Source: Squalus acanthias (lineage: Eukaryota). Taken from it: a stretch of DNA of 64,000 nucleotides. The first letter of the stretch is position 1. Every line of letters begins with the position of its first letter. A program made the position numbers and the translations under genes. A model generated the notes under the pieces. The model did no database searches. It saw nothing but the letters and a program-made list of their open reading frames with translations, and was not told where the DNA came from. This document shows, piece by piece, positions 1 through 13,858 of the stretch. The stretch covers positions 91,328,001 through 91,392,000 of the forward strand of contig CM059432.1 of NCBI GenBank assembly GCA_030390025.1, in the 5' to 3' direction.

Positions 1-432
1 CAGGTACATCATTCCATAATTAATGCATTCTATCCAGAAGCATGTCTTGGTACAGAGTTTATTGTAGTACTATTCGTACAGCAATAAATCTCTCTTCCAG
101 CTTCAAACCCAAGGTCATAGCCAAAGAGGCCAGAATGCATTTGTAAAGTGCTTAATTACAAATAATAACTTCTTATTGAGAATATTTTTTACTGCAATTA
201 TATCCCTCAGAAAATGATTTGCTTATTATTATGCATTAGAACATTACTCCTGACTAATCAAGAGTGTTCATTAAAAAAAGTAATTTCCTTTTTGACATGC
301 AAACAAATTCCAGTGTTCTACGTAACTAGTTTCTAAAAAGGTCAGTATCTTAATATAATTGTGACAAAAATGACAACAGTTTTATCTCTTTTAGTCTGCT
401 AGATATTCCTTTAATTTCAGACACCATACATA

Positions 433-3400
433 GGCCAGAAAACCAAAAGAGCCTGGCTGGATATAGCTGAGGAGGTCAGCAGCAGGGATGTGGTGAGGAG
501 GACCTGGATACGGTGCAGGAAACGATTCAATGATCTGATAAGATCAGGAAAGGTGAGTGCAATGCCACACCCACACTCACCTTCATCCTGATGTGCCTGT
601 CAACACATCCCCATCACTCTGCCTTCCCAAGCCTACTCCTGCACATCATTCCTCAACACCAACATACCTTGCACGCCACCCATCCCTCTCTCTCTACGTA
701 CATACTCACATCCCCACCTGACTAACCACCCCTCACACACACCCTCACCCTAATGCAATCATAGCAAGTAACACCACAGAAAGAGGCCATTTGGCATTGT
801 CACCCCACTCCCTCATAGTCACCCTCTACATATGTAATCTATCCATTCCTTACACTCGTTCCATCACTCTCACTCAAACTTCTCTTCTTTCCCTCTTTGC
901 AGGAGAAAACAGCCCAGAACACACGGGAGAGACAGAGAACTGGAGGTGGCCCTTCAGTCTTCACCCAACTAACAGCAGGAGAAGAGGGGGCTCTGGAGAT
1001 TTCGGGAGTTTGAGAGACACTGGCGGTGGGAGAGGAAAGAGGGGGACATCCCAGCAACCTGGTGACAGAATCACATCTCATACAACAGTCACTCACATGG
1101 TGATTGATGTTAGCAACCAGTGAAATGCCATCATGTACATAATGATAACATTACCCATTCTTATTATAACACTTCTAATTCATCTCTTTACTCTCCCACA
1201 GGTCCATCAACTGCTCCCCCCGCCGCCCCCTCCACTGTCCAGCCGGAGGAGAAAGACAACTCCTCAGAGGAACCTCCAGCCTCTGAGTGTGCAGCGTCAG
1301 CAGACCCAAGCGCACCCAGCACCAGCGCAGATACACACACTTCGGTGGGTCCTTTGCACCATAGAGGTGTCTCACAATTTCACAAGTGAGCAAGAGCAGG
1401 TGGCGTTGACAGGGACAGCAGTGGAGACTCCTCGCCGGAGGGCGCAGGACACTCCAAGCTCTGCTGAGCTGTATGCTGAGCCTCCGTGGCCATCCAGAAA
1501 GAGGGTGATCTTGGAGGGGGCAGCAACAATTGCATGAGGCTCTGACATCTTTTGCAGCTGTGATGTCTGCAAATGTTCAGAGAATGGAGGAGTCCATCTC
1601 CAACATGAGCATCACCATGTCGCAGGCGATGGCGATGATGTGCTGTTCCATGGAAAGGATGGCCACCTGCATGGAGCAGCAAATGCACCACTCACGAGAT
1701 GTCATTCTGTCACATGCTAGCTGTGGACAACAGATGGCAGGTGCTCATAGACCTCCTCTCAAGGAGGGATGTAACCGGAGACTTGGGCGTTCATTGCCCC
1801 ACTGCTGTGCAGCAAGTACGGGTGGTCCATGAGAGGGATGATAGTGAGAGGGGTCATGGAAGTGGGGGCTCTTCTCAAAGTGCTCCCCCATTGCCTCCCC
1901 CTCAGTCAGAGCCCCACATGCTTCCTCGAATCCTGATGGCTGAGTCTGCACAGTTGCAGGGGGAGCAGACTTTGGCGGGCCATCACAGGCTCCAAAACCC
2001 AGAGGACGTCTGCCAAAAGTGTCTGACGAGTCGCAGCAGGGAAGTGAGCAGCCTGCCTGTAGCACTGCTGAAGCCACAGGGGTTGCACCTTGTAGAAGCA
2101 CTCGGAAAAGAAAAATGACACAAAAGTAGATGCACAAGGGGATACACATGGGTGTATCAAAAAATGTTAGTGTTAAGTTTCAGTTATTTTGATTACACAC
2201 TTAAATGTTTTTCTTTGCACCACTTTCGGGACTTGTCCATTTTTGCCTCAAACCTTGGAAGTGGCTTTGTCACTTGGAGTGAATGGGTGAGACATCATTT
2301 AACCTCGAGCATTGGTGCTTTGGGTGAGAGTAATGGATTGGTCATTGTAAGGATTCTTTATGAGATTTGGCTCTCATTATAACGCCCCTTGGCCTCAGTA
2401 CTTGACATCCTCAAGGGTGTCATGAGCCACGTCTTCAGTGGATAGCCCTTCTCTCCAAGCAGCCAGTCGGTAAGTCTGTTTGGAGGTGCGATGAGCTGAG
2501 GGAGGGTGGACTGGCGCAGCACAAGTCATGACAGCTGCCAGGGAATCTGTTGCACACATACATGATGATCTTTTTATGGTTGCAGATGAGCTGCACATTG
2601 AGGGAGTGGAAGCCCTTGCGGTTCACAAACACTCCTGGGTGATGATAGGGTGCTTTCACGGCCACATGTGTGCAGTCGATGACGCCCTGCACCTGTGGGA
2701 AGTCAGCCAGAGCCGCAAAGCCGAGTTCACACTCAGTAACACTGGCCTCATCAGTGGCAAAGTTTATATAATGGGCTGACTTGTGAAACATGGCATCAAT
2801 CATCTGGGTGATGCATCTGTGGGTGGCCGACTGCGAGATCCCTGGAAGGAGCCTGAGGCAAAGAAGCTGAGGGCGGACCTCTAGGCAGCAGGTCTTGTTC
2901 CAGCAAGCTACAAATGTCTGCGACGACCTGGCGCGATAGCCTCAGCCTCCTGAAGCACTGCTGCTGAGTCATGTTGAGGAAGCTCATCCTCTGCCTGAAT
3001 GCCCTGTGTTGGGGGGTATCACCTTCGGCGCGCTGCAGCCCTGTGATGCCCCCCTCTCTCCTGTGGAGCATCAGGTAGTTGAGGAAAAGACTGCTGTTGT
3101 GGCTGCTGCTGCTGATGTTGGTGGTGTTGTTGGTGGTGGGGCTCATCTTGGTCCGATTCTGAGGACCAAGGTGAGACAGTATAAGCGGCACCCATGCTGA
3201 TGTAGTAGTTGACAGGTAAAGTGGAGATCAGAGGCCCGATCCCTCAATGTTGTGATAGTGAGTAGCAATGTGGTGAGAGTGGCTTCCGAGGTTTCAAAAA
3301 TAACCTGCAAGCTGCAGACACCGAAATCTGTGGACAAAATGGAGTGAGCAAGAGCCTTTCCATGAGACAAGTAATGAGGTGTAATGTTGCAGTATTTATG

Positions 3401-3743
3401 TGCTATTCCCAGCTGTCAATGAATTAACTCGCCAATGGCCACTGAGCTCCCGCTTCCCCATCACAGGCGAGGTGCCCGACCTCCGTGAATCCCGTGCTCC
3501 TGAAGTTAAACTCAAAAGCAAGCTTTAAAATCACTCTTAAGGGTCTCTCAACAAGAACTTAATGATTTCAATGAGGTCGCAGGCCTCTGCCGATAGGGTC
3601 CGTGTTGCGCTTTCAAAGCCGCCAGAGTTAAATGCGCGAGGCGGCGGGATGACAGCGGGTTCCCGACACGCTCGCTATTTCCAGCATTTTTACTGCTGAC
3701 CTGCACCCAATCCCGCATGCTCGACAATGGGAAAATTCCGGTC
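433..3743. mobile_element. Degenerate PIF/Harbinger transposon with left end missing: Myb/SANT gene remnants on + (~440-2118) and transposase remnant on - (~2390-3195)
   Basis: AWLDIAEEVSSRDVVRRTWIRCRKRFNDLIRSGK|gtgag Myb exon and QRTGGGP exon 2. Minus-strand [18 protein letters not shown]...[12 protein letters not shown]. Terminus GGAAAATTCCGGTC at 3743. Same family as 50404-55408. Confidence 0.88.
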
Positions 3744-4552
3744 ATAGAGTTCAAAAGCCACCAAATCAATACACGTTCCATCAATACACAAATTAAAAAG
3801 CAGAACCTCAAAGGTAATAATCTCTGATTGTTAACTGAGCCACACGCCAATTGGCATAGGGATAAGCAGATAAGAAGGTTAAATGTGTGGCTGAAAGAGT
3901 GGTGTGGGAGGCAGGGGTTTCGCTTCATGGGCCACTGGCACCAGTACTGGGGAAAGAGGGAGCTGCTCCGTTGGGACGGGCTGGAACCAGTGCCCTGGCG
4001 AATCGAATAACTAGGGCAGTAGACAGGGCTTTAAACTAATGAAGGGGGGCGGTGGGAGGATCCAGGAATGAGTAAATTTAAAAGCAGCAAGAGAAATGTC
4101 AAGGCTGTAGAGCAGAGCAGAGGTTTGGGTAAAAATAAGCAGCATGGGTCAGGAAGGGACAGAGAGCGTAACAAAGGTAATAGGGCATCAGTGACTAAGG
4201 TGACATCAGGGAATAGAAAAAAGTCAAAGCTAAAGGCAATATATCTGAATGCGCGAAGCATTTGTAACAAAATAGATGAATTAATGGCGTAGATAGAAAT
4301 TAATAGGTTTGATGTAATAGCCATTACGGAGACGTGGTTGTGAAGTGACCAAGGTTGGGAACTAAATATTCCAGGATACTTAACTTTTAGAAGAGATAGG
4401 CAAAATGATGGAGAAGGAGGAGGGGTAGCCCTGATAATAAAGGATGGGATAAAGACAGTAGAGAGAAAGGATCTTAGCTCAGAAAATCAAGAAGTAGAAT
4501 CAATTTGGGTGGAGCTAAGCAACAGCAAGGGGCCGAAAACATTAGAGACATA

Positions 4553-5439
4553 GGGGGAAAAATTCAGTTGGTTGTGCCTCCCGTTAGCGCCTTAAGAGGG
4601 CGCTAATGGGGCGCAAAGCATCTAGCGCCCAGGCGCGGCGAAGTTTCGCCGCTCGCGAAATTAACTAGACATTTTGCGGCGGCGCTAAACACTGCCACCA
4701 CGATCTCCTGCGCCGGCAGATCGTGACGTCAGTCGAGTGCGCAACGCCCGGTATCGCCCCGGAGCGGATATTGAGTGGCGCCCCCTGCCTTACCGCCTGA
4801 CGCAAGCAACAACAGGTTGAGGGGAGCGTTCTGCAGTCATAAAGGGAAAGGGGGAGCGCTATTTAAAGGTGACCGCTTCCTGCCTTTTATTGTTTGTGCC
4901 ATTTTTGAACTACGCATTCTGAGAGAGGGAGAGAATTCTGGAGAGATTCAACGCTGTGTGAAGGAGTTTTGGGTACTGAGCAGCACTTTGCAAGTTCATT
5001 TTGATTTGCCATTCCTTGTATCGATTTAGAAGAGACTGTGGGGGCTGCACTCTGAGCTCTTTGCCTGGTACTCTCCATTGTTCTTTCCAGCAGATTTGAT
5101 GTGCAGGTCTCTCCAGGCAGAGATTCAAGGCTGCAATGAGCAGGCTGTGGATGGAAAGCAAGATTAACCATCCCCTTTAAGAACTGGCCCGTGCCATTGT
5201 GTGTGTGTTCCATTGCTGACTGACATCACATGAGCTTCGCCAGCGCTCTGAGGTAGCGCCTCGCTCCTCGGCCTTTGCGCCTTAAGACAGGTGTGAAGCG
5301 CCTGATTTAGCGCTCCAATCACCTCCAGGGGCGATAAAAGTCAAGTTTGCAGTCGGTGGCGATAATTAGCGCCAGGCGCTAATCTTTGCGCCCGGCCGAT
5401 AATTGCGCTCCAAATCGGGCGATACTGAATTTCTCCCCC
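4553..5439. mobile_element. Non-autonomous Harbinger (MITE), related to the 42631-46733 family
   Basis: TIRs GGGGGAAAAATTCAGT / ACTGAATTTCTCCCCC with ATA TSD (4550-4552, 5440-5442). Both subterminal regions match 42631-46733. Confidence 0.93.
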
Positions 5440-5442
5440 ATA

Positions 5443-6410
5443 GAGTCATAGAGCACAGAAAGAGGCCCTTCGGCCCATCGTGTCCGTGCCGGCCATCAAG
5501 CCCTATCTATTCTAAACCCATTTTCCAGCACTTGGTCCGTAGCCTTGTATGCTATGGCGTTTCAAGTGCTCATCTAAATGCTTCTTGAATGTTGTGAGGG
5601 TTCCTGCCTCTACCACCCTTTCAGGCAGTGAGTTCCAGATTGCAACCACCCTCTGGGTGAAAAAGTTTTCCCTCAAATCCCCTCTAAACCTCCTGCCCCT
5701 TACCTTGAAACTATGCCACCTGGTTATTGACCCCTCTACTAAGGGGAAAAGTTCCTTTCTATTTACCCTATCTATGCCCCTCATAATTTTGTACACCTCA
5801 ATCAGGTTCCCCCTCAGCCTTCTCTGCTCTAAGGAAAACAACCCCAGCCTGTCCAGTCTCTCTTCATAGCTGAAGCGCTGCAGCCCAGGTAACATCCTGG
5901 TGAATCTCCTCTGCACCCTCTCCAATGCAATCACATCCTTCCTATAGTGTGGCGACCAGAACTGCACACAGTATTCCAGCTGTGGCCTAACTAGCGTTTT
6001 GTACAGCTCCATCATAACCTCCCTGCTCTTGTATTCTATGCCTTGGCTAATGAAGGCAAGTATCCCATATGCCTTTTTAACCACCTTATCTACCTGTCCT
6101 GCTGCCTTCAGGGATCTATGTACATGCACACCAAGGTCCCTCTGGTCCTCTGTCCTTCCTAGGGTCCTACCATTCTTTGTGTATTCCCTTGCTTTGTTAG
6201 TCCTCCCAAAATGCATCACCTCACACTATTCAGGGTTAAATTCCATTTGCCACTGTTCTGCCCATCTGACCAACCCGTCTATATCGTCCTGTAGCCTGAG
6301 GCTTCCCTCCTCGCTATTTACCACTCCACCAATTTTCATGTCATCTGCGAACTTACTGATCATACCTCCTACATTCATATCTAAATCATTACTGTACACT
6401 ACAAACAGCA
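5443..6410 (-). mobile_element. 5'-truncated young CR1 LINE (RT C-terminus and 3' tail)
   Basis: ORF 5512-6219 reads [26 protein letters not shown] tail repeat present. Nearly identical to 20370-21350. Confidence 0.93.
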
Positions 6411-6566
6411 AATTGGTGGGAGTTGTTTATAGGCCCGCAAACACTAATTGTAATGTAGGGCAGAGTATAAATCAGGAAATTAGAGGTGCATGTAACAAGG
6501 GTAATACAGTAATCATGGGGGACTTTAATTTAAATATAGACTGGGCAAACCAAATTTGCAGTATTA

Positions 6567-8325
6567 GGGCTGGATTTTACCAAACTCGGCGGGTCTGTGG
6601 TGGGCGACGTCCGTGGCAGGTGCCGACCCCGCAGCTGTCTTGATCTCGGCCTCTGACATGATTTTACATTAATAGGGCTTGTTATGGCCTCCCTGCGAGG
6701 TTCCTATCCAATTAAAAGGAAGCGGGTCTGATGATGTCATTTGATGACACGTCATCAGCCGGTTTCCTTAAAGGGGCCATGTCCACATTCATTTTGTCAG
6801 TTCTGCTGTCAGTGTTCTGCAGCATTGAGGTGCTGCAAACACTGACAAGCAGTGCACAAAGGTGCACGGCTGCACCCAGGCTCTCCCATGCTTATGGAGG
6901 GAGTCACAGCACACAGGGAGGTTCTCTTCCCTGCCAATGGGCAGAAGAGACCTCCCAGGATACCAACGCAGCCTGATTGCAAATTGCACAGGGGGGCACA
7001 AGCAGGGATGTTGTCAGGAGGACCAGGCTGCAGTGGTGCAAACCTTTCAATGAGCTCAGTAGATCACGAAATGTTACTGCAAAGCCACACTCAACCTCAT
7101 CCTGCTGTGCCACTCATCACATCCCCATCATTCTGCCTTCCCTACCCTACTCCTGCACCTCCTTACTCACACCAACTTACCTTGCACCTTCACCCATCCC
7201 TCTCTACCTACATTATCACTTCCCCATCTCACTAGCCACCCCTCACACTCACCCTCATCCTTGTCCAATCATACCAACTAACAACACACAAGGGTAGGCA
7301 CTTGGGTGTTTTATGCAATGTTCATGTAAAGTTTCTGTGAATATGTTGTCAAACATTGAAATCTTTATTTTCAACACTTTGCCTTCTTGGACAGATTTGT
7401 GTGCACCTTTGGAAGTGTCTTAGTGAGTTCCAGTGAATGGCGAGACATAACGTCCCCACCCCCCCCCCAATGGTGATGAGTGTGAAAGGAATGGCTTGGA
7501 CATTGTAGGGATGCTTTATGGTGCTGGTGTGGGGTGGTGCCAACCTGGCGCATCATGTGGCAGCCATATGGGTGTATAGCGTCAAGTGAAGTGAACCTTG
7601 CCATGGTGAGGCCATCGCTGGCATCCCGGCAGCAATGTGGTCAGGTGCCGATGCCCTGTGCAGCATCAGGTGATTGCGGAGAAAGTTGGTGTTGTTGCTG
7701 GTGTGGCTGGTGATGTTGGTGTGCCTGGTGATGTTGGTGTTGGGGCTGATCGTGGTGGGATTAAGAGGACCAAGGTGAGATTTTTTCAAGGGCACCAATG
7801 CTGCTGGAATAGATGGCAGCTGAAGTTGAGATGACAGAAGCGATCTGTCAATGGTGAGAGAAGTTGCTGCAAGGAGGTGACAGTGTATAGAGAGTTTACT
7901 CTAAACACTTCCAAACTGCATACAGCTCAAAAGTGTCTTCCAAATCCTGAAGGCGCAAGCTTCTGACATTGGAAAGTGAACAGCTGTGAAATGGCAGCTT
8001 TTATACCACTTTTGTAGCTGTCACCTATTCACAGCAATGAAGAGTCATAGAGAACCCGACACATTTACCTGACGTGATTCCTGAGTGACGGGAACCTCGT
8101 GAAAAAGTTGGAAAAATGGTTTGTAGGTGGTAAAATGCTGTTCAACTACCTTTAAAGACCCTATCTCAATTGGCTCACCCACTGCTTAGTGTCAGGTCTG
8201 CAAAGCACAGGCAGACCCAGCACTTGGGAAACTTACACAGAGGCGGGTTCACAGCGGGCTCCCGACGCGGTCAATCTTTTAGATTTTGACAGTGGACCTG
8301 CCTCCGAACCTGCCCTCTGAGCGCC
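6567..8325. mobile_element. Internally deleted Harbinger (Myb exon 1 on +, transposase end fragments on -), right TIR not found
   Basis: Left TIR GGGCTGGATTTTAC. Degenerate RRTRLQWCKPFNELSRS Myb motif. 7590-7800 resembles the transposase termini of the 433-3743 family. Confidence 0.75.
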
Positions 8326-9007
8326 GTAGTATGGGGGATGAGATAGTTTTCTAGATCAGTGTGTTGTGGAACCAACTAGGGAACAGGCTATTTTAGATCT
8401 AGTATTGTGCAATGAGAAAGGGTTAATTAATAACCTTGTAGTAAAGGGGCCTTTAGGGAAGAGTGACCATAATATGATAGAATTTTATATTCTGTTTGAA
8501 AGTGATTTAGTTAAGTCCGCAACTAGGGGCTTAAATCTAAGCAAAGCAAACTACGTAGGTATGAGGGGCGAGGTGGCTAAGGTAGATTAGGAAACTACAT
8601 TAAATGATATGACAGTAGACAAGCAATGGCTAGCATTTAAAGAATTAATACATAATTTACAACAAATATACATTCCTTTAAGGCACAAAAACCCCACAGG
8701 AAAAATGGCCCAACCGTGGCTAACAAGAGAAGTTAAAGATAGATCAAAGGAAGAGGCCAAAAAGAGTAGTAAACCTGAGGATTGGGAGGATTTTAGAATT
8801 CCGCAAAGGAGGACCAAGAAATTGATAAGGAAAGAGAAAAAATATGAGAGTAAATTAGCAAGAGATACAAAAACAGTCTGTAAATGTTTCTATAGGTATG
8901 TAAATAGGAAGACATTAGTGAAAGTAAACATAGGCCTATTAGAGGCAGAGACAGGAGAAATTATAATGGGCAATAAGGAAATGGCAGAGACATTAAACAA
9001 ATACTTT

Positions 9008-10532
9008 GGGCTCGATTTTAATAACGGAGGCGGGTTGAGGGTGGGCCCGCTGCTCGGCAACTTTCGGACCCGCACCCGTCTGCCGCCTTCCAGCACTTCC
9101 GATTTTGGCTTCATTGGCCTAGTTACGGCCGACCTGCGGGTCTATCCAGGCAATTGCTTGGAGGATGTCAGTTTCTCGCTTCTGATGACGTGTTGTTTGT
9201 TTGAAAATTTAAAGGGGCCATGTCCCCTTTGCATACAAATGTAATTGGGATGGCTTGGTGTTTTATTATCTTGAAAGGGGAGTTGACAGCGTCTGTTCTG
9301 AGCAAAATTTAATGAATGATATTGCTGGTCATATTATTCCAGAAAGAGATTCATGATTTTTTGATATATGACTTTATTATCTGAGTATGAAATGAAAAAG
9401 ATGCCAGATGTGTTCCAATCATTTGCTTAGTAATATTAATGCTTTTTTCTCTTAAAGGTGCTGGGAGCTGCAGGAATGGCAGCCTCAAAAACTAAGGCTG
9501 CACCCAGGTTCAATGAGGGCTCTCTCCATGCTCTTGTTGAGGGAGTTAGAGGACGTCAGGAGCTCTTCTTCCCTGGAAACGGAAGGAGGAGGTCTCCTCA
9601 GCAAACCAAGGCAGCTTGGCTGCAAATTGCTGAGGAGTCGAGCTCTGAGTGCAGACGCACATGAGTTTAGTGTCGAAAAAGGTTTAATGATCTGCTGAGA
9701 TCACCTAAAGTGTGGCCTCTGTGTTCTGGGACATGGAAGTTCAAGAGTGAGGGCTCAGGGCGATTTCCATGTAGAATGATGGTGGTGACACTGAGCGCAA
9801 ACCACCGTTTATTGGACAGATGATGCCTGGGGTTTGAGACTGTCGGACTTATATTCATCTCCATGTGCCAGCCACCTGTGGTTGAAGCATTAGCTTATGC
9901 AAATCTGGCATGGCTGAGTGCATCCCTTGCCTGACGGCCATCACTGTTGTCACCTGCTGTTGGATTGGCCACATCCGGCCCCGCAAGGCGTCATTCCCCG
10001 TCCTCCTACTTGTCCTCCTCCTCGTCCTCCTCCTCGTCCTCTTCATCTTCCTCCAAGGAGGCTGTGTGCTGAGCCACTTGTTCATCCGGCAGCATGAAGC
10101 CGCGATGCTCTTCCTCCGAATCTGACGACCAGGATGAGAGGATGTAAATGGTTCCCATCCCGTTGTTATAGATTTCACTTGAGGCAAGAAGCTTGCAAGC
10201 GCACACTCAAAGTGGCCTGAAATTATTCCAATCAGTTCAAACAGCAGATGTGTGTCAGCTTGACCAGTCACAAGGTCAGTAGATTTGCAAAATCTTATCC
10301 CAATCCTCCAACAACAAAGTTGTTGCATTTGAATGTCAGCCATGTTACAGGAGCGCTTTTAAAGTTCTGCACCAATAATGACTACAGATCCATGTCCTCC
10401 ACCAACTTGTCTCCTTGCAGCTGGACTGTTTCTGACAAGACGGGAAACAGGAGCCAGAGGCACGAAAATGGGAAACCTCTGTCAAAATAGGATTAGCAAA
10501 TAAAATTAGCAATTAGGATTAAAATCGAGCCC
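9008..10532. mobile_element. Non-autonomous Harbinger carrying Myb exon 1 (+, ~9477-9712) and a transposase C-terminal fragment (-)
   Basis: Perfect 15-bp TIR GGGCTCGATTTTAAT with TTT TSD. Encodes AAPRFNEGSLHALVEGVRGRQELFFP...AAWLQIAEE. Confidence 0.93.
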
Positions 10533-10642
10533 TTTGTATCTGTCTCCAGGTAGAAGACACAAAAAACATTCCGGAAATAATGGGAAACCAAGGGTCTAGA
10601 GAGAATGAGGAACTTAAAGAAATCAGTATAAGTAAAAACATA

Positions 10643-11334
10643 GGGCTGGATTTTCATTGACCCGTGGAGGTGGGTTTGGAGGTGTGTGGGGGGTTAAAAT
10701 TGCGAAAACTGGCGGGCAGGCACAAGTCCGCCTCCATCCCGCCTCCACGCAATTTTCATTAAATCGTGTCTGCTGGTCCCGAGTCCATCCCGCCTCTAAG
10801 AGGCGGGATAGGCTGTTAAGGCCCTTAACAAGCACTAAATTGCCTCTATAATGCCATTTTGAAAGGCCTTTGTGATTTTAACCCTTGTTCTACGTGAAGC
10901 ACACCTGTTCTGAACCACGATTGTGAAACCTGGCGGGAGCACATTTGGTTGGCTGGCTAGCTGGCTATGGGGATGCATATATGAATGGCTATGTGGATGG
11001 ATGTATATATGGATGGAGAGGAGACATATCTGGGAGTGGTGGTGTAAAAATATCTGGGAGCAGACTTAGGACTGCTGCTGCTCATTTTGCAGGTCCTCTC
11101 ACAGCAAAGGCCAGGCAGTCTTTGAAGACCTTCAATGCAGCAGCAATGATGACATCATCAAAGGCGACTTTCAGACTGAAAACACTAATTGGTTCATGGG
11201 TTCCCACATGCTGGAACTCAATTGCCCAATTAGGTGAAAATTGCATCAATCTCCCACATCCAATTGCAGTCGGGTGGATAACACGAAAAGTGGATGACAC
11301 GACCCCAACCCGCCCCAGTATCAAAATCCAGCCC
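10643..11334. mobile_element. Harbinger MITE
   Basis: TIR GGGCTGGATTTT / AAAATCCAGCCC with ATA TSD. Interrupts the CR1. Confidence 0.92.
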
Positions 11335-12387
11335 ATAGTACTGGAGAAATTAATGGGACGAAGTGGCGACAAAATCCCCTGGACCTGAAGACCTGCATCC
11401 TAGGGTTTTAAAAGAGGTAGCTGTAGAGATAATAGATGCACTGGTATTAATCTTCCAGAATTCCCTAGATTCTAGAACAGTCCCCAAGGATTGGAAGGTA
11501 GCAAACAGAACCCCACTATTTAAGAGATGAAGAGAAAAAAGGGAAACTATAGACCAGTTAGCCTGACATCAGTAGTAGGCAAAATGCTAGAATCTATTAT
11601 TAGGGATGTGGTAACAGGGCATTTAGAAAATCGTAATATGATTAGGCAGAGTCAACGTGGTTTTATGAAAGGGAAATCGTGTTTGACAAATTTATTAGAA
11701 CTTTTTGAAGATGTAACTAGTAGGATGCATAAGGGGGAACCAGTGGATGTAGTGTATTTGGATTTTCAAAAAGCATTCGATAAGGTGCCACACAAGAAGT
11801 TATTACACAAAATTTGGACTCATGGGATTGGGGGTAATATATTAGCATGGATTGAGGATTGGTTAATGGACAGAAAACAGAGAGTAGGAATAAACGGGAC
11901 TTTTTTGGGTTGGCGGGCTGTAACTAGCGGGGTACTGCAAGGATCAGTGCTTGGGCTTCAGCTATTTACAATCTATATTAATGTCTTAGATGAAGGGACT
12001 GAGTGTAACGTATCCAATTTGCGGATGATACAAAGTTAGGTGGGAAAGTAAGCTGTGAGGAGACACAAAGAGGCTGCAGAGAGATATAGACAGGTTGACT
12101 GAGTGGTCAAGAACATGGCAAATGGAATACAATGTGGGGAAGTGTGAAGTTATCCACTTTGGTAGGAAAAACAAAAATGCAGAATATTTTTTGAATGTTG
12201 AGAGACTGGGAAATGTTTGCATTCAGAGAGATTTGGGTGTCCTTGTACATGAATCACAGAAAGTTAACATGCAGGTACAGCAAGCTATTAAGAAAGCAAT
12301 TAAGAAAGCAAATCGTATTGTTAGCTTTTGTTAAAAGGATTAGATTATAAGAGTAAAGAAATCTTACTACAATTACACAGGGCATTG

Positions 12388-13082
12388 GAGAAATGTTAAA
12401 CGGTGCGCAAAGCAATTAGCACCCGGGTGCGGCACCACCAACGCCTTCCGCGAAATTCAGCGGGAGGTTAGCGGCGGCAGTAACTGTTAGCGCCCCGCGG
12501 CGCTGCGCCGCCGGCAATGACATAATCGCCGTGCGCAGTGCCCCGCTCGCGCTCCAGCCGTGATCTTCGGTAGCGCCCCCTGACTTAGCGCCGGATGCTA
12601 TGTCCGACGGGGTCAGGGGGGCCTACCTGCGGCCGGGGCGGCGCTAATTAAAAGCGAGGTGCCGGGTGGCCATTTTTGTTGCTGGCCGCCTGCCAGCACC
12701 TTCCCCCATTGCCGGCCCCGGCCTCCTGACCAGCCCTCCCGCGGAGTGCCGGCTGCGCTCCGTGAGCCCGGCACTTCTCTTGAGTGCCGGGCTCTTTTGC
12801 CGGGACTCCAATCCCTGGTGGCCCAGCTGGCCCCCGGGTCGTGCTGCGCAAGGCCCCTCCCCTTTAAGAAGGGGAGGAAGGCCTGCAGTACCGCATCGCG
12901 ACGTGCCGCAGCGCCCCGTAGCGCCACGATATTCACTCGCAGCACCCCAAGAGGGAGGCGGGGCGCTTCCAGTAGCACCCCACTTCCCTCTTGGGGCGTT
13001 ACCGATGAATTTCGGGGACACAACAAGTAGCGTCCCGGCGAAGTTAGCGCCCCAAAGGGGGCGCGACTCAATTTTTATCCTC
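12388..13082. mobile_element. GC/CpG-rich Harbinger MITE related to the 4553/42631 family, left end truncated
   Basis: Shares GCGCAAAGCAATTAGC and TTAGCGCCCCAAA subterminal motifs. Right end CAATTTTTATCCTC is followed by ATA. Confidence 0.7.
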
Positions 13083-13858
13083 ATAGAGTCATAATGGCAC
13101 AGAAGGAGGCTGTTCGGCCCATCGAGTCCATGCCGGCTCTCTGTGGAGCAATCCAGTCAGTCCCATTCCCCACTCTATCCCCGTAGCCTTGCAAGTTTAT
13201 TTCCCTCAAGTGCCTATCCAGTCTCCCCTTAAAACACTGAGTGTCTCCGCTTCCACCACTTCAGTCGGCAGCGAGTTCTAGGTCCTCACCACTCGCTACG
13301 TAAAAAAGTTTTTCCTCACGTCCCCCCTGTATCTCTTGCCCAAAACCTTAAATCTGTGTCCCCTAGTCCTTGTACCATCAACTAGTGGGAACAGCCTTTC
13401 CCCGTCTAGCCTATCCAAAACCCGTCATAATCTTGTACACCTCTATCAAATCACCCCTCAACCTCCTTTGCTCGAATGAAAACGAATCCAGTTTCTCCAA
13501 CCTGTCCTTGTAACTAAGATCCCCCATCCCCGGAATCATTCTGGTAAATCTCTCTGCACCCTCTCAAGGGCCTTCACATCCTTCCTAAAGTGTGGTGACC
13601 AGAACTGGAGGCAATACTCCAGTTGTGGCCTAACCAGCGCTTTATAAAGGTTCAGCAAAACTTCCCTACTTTTGTACTCAATACCTCTATTTATGAAGCA
13701 CAAGATCCCATATGCTTTGTTAACCACTCTCTCAATATGTCCCACCACCTTCAGGGACCTATGCACATTAACTCCCAGGTCCTCTGTCCCTGCACACTCT
13801 TTAAAACAGTGCCATTAAGTGTATATTACCTCTCTCTGTTCCTTCTGCCAAAATGCAT
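13083..13858 (-). mobile_element. 5'-truncated CR1 LINE
   Basis: ORF 13536-13766 reads [27 protein letters not shown]1 3' tail present. Confidence 0.9.

Larger units (their letters stand above)
3828..12387 (+). mobile_element. CR1 LINE (ORF1 esterase end plus ORF2 APE-RT) split into five collinear pieces (~3828-4543, 6411-6566, 8326-9007, 10536-10642, 11338-12387)
   Basis: IYLNARSI, VYRP, MGDFN, LDLVLCN, SDHNMI, NYRPVSLTS and YLDFQKAFDKVPH motifs resume in order across the insertion junctions. Many stops are present. Confidence 0.9.

Noticed and set aside
5549..6643. Long antisense ORFs over CR1 RT (also 19359-19931 and 20064-20783)
   Set aside because: These are shadow frames of CR1 ORF2.
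12613..13094. Overlapping ORFs in several frames (also 27404-28047 and 39190-39954)
   Set aside because: GC-rich MITE interiors lack stops by composition and show no recognisable domains.
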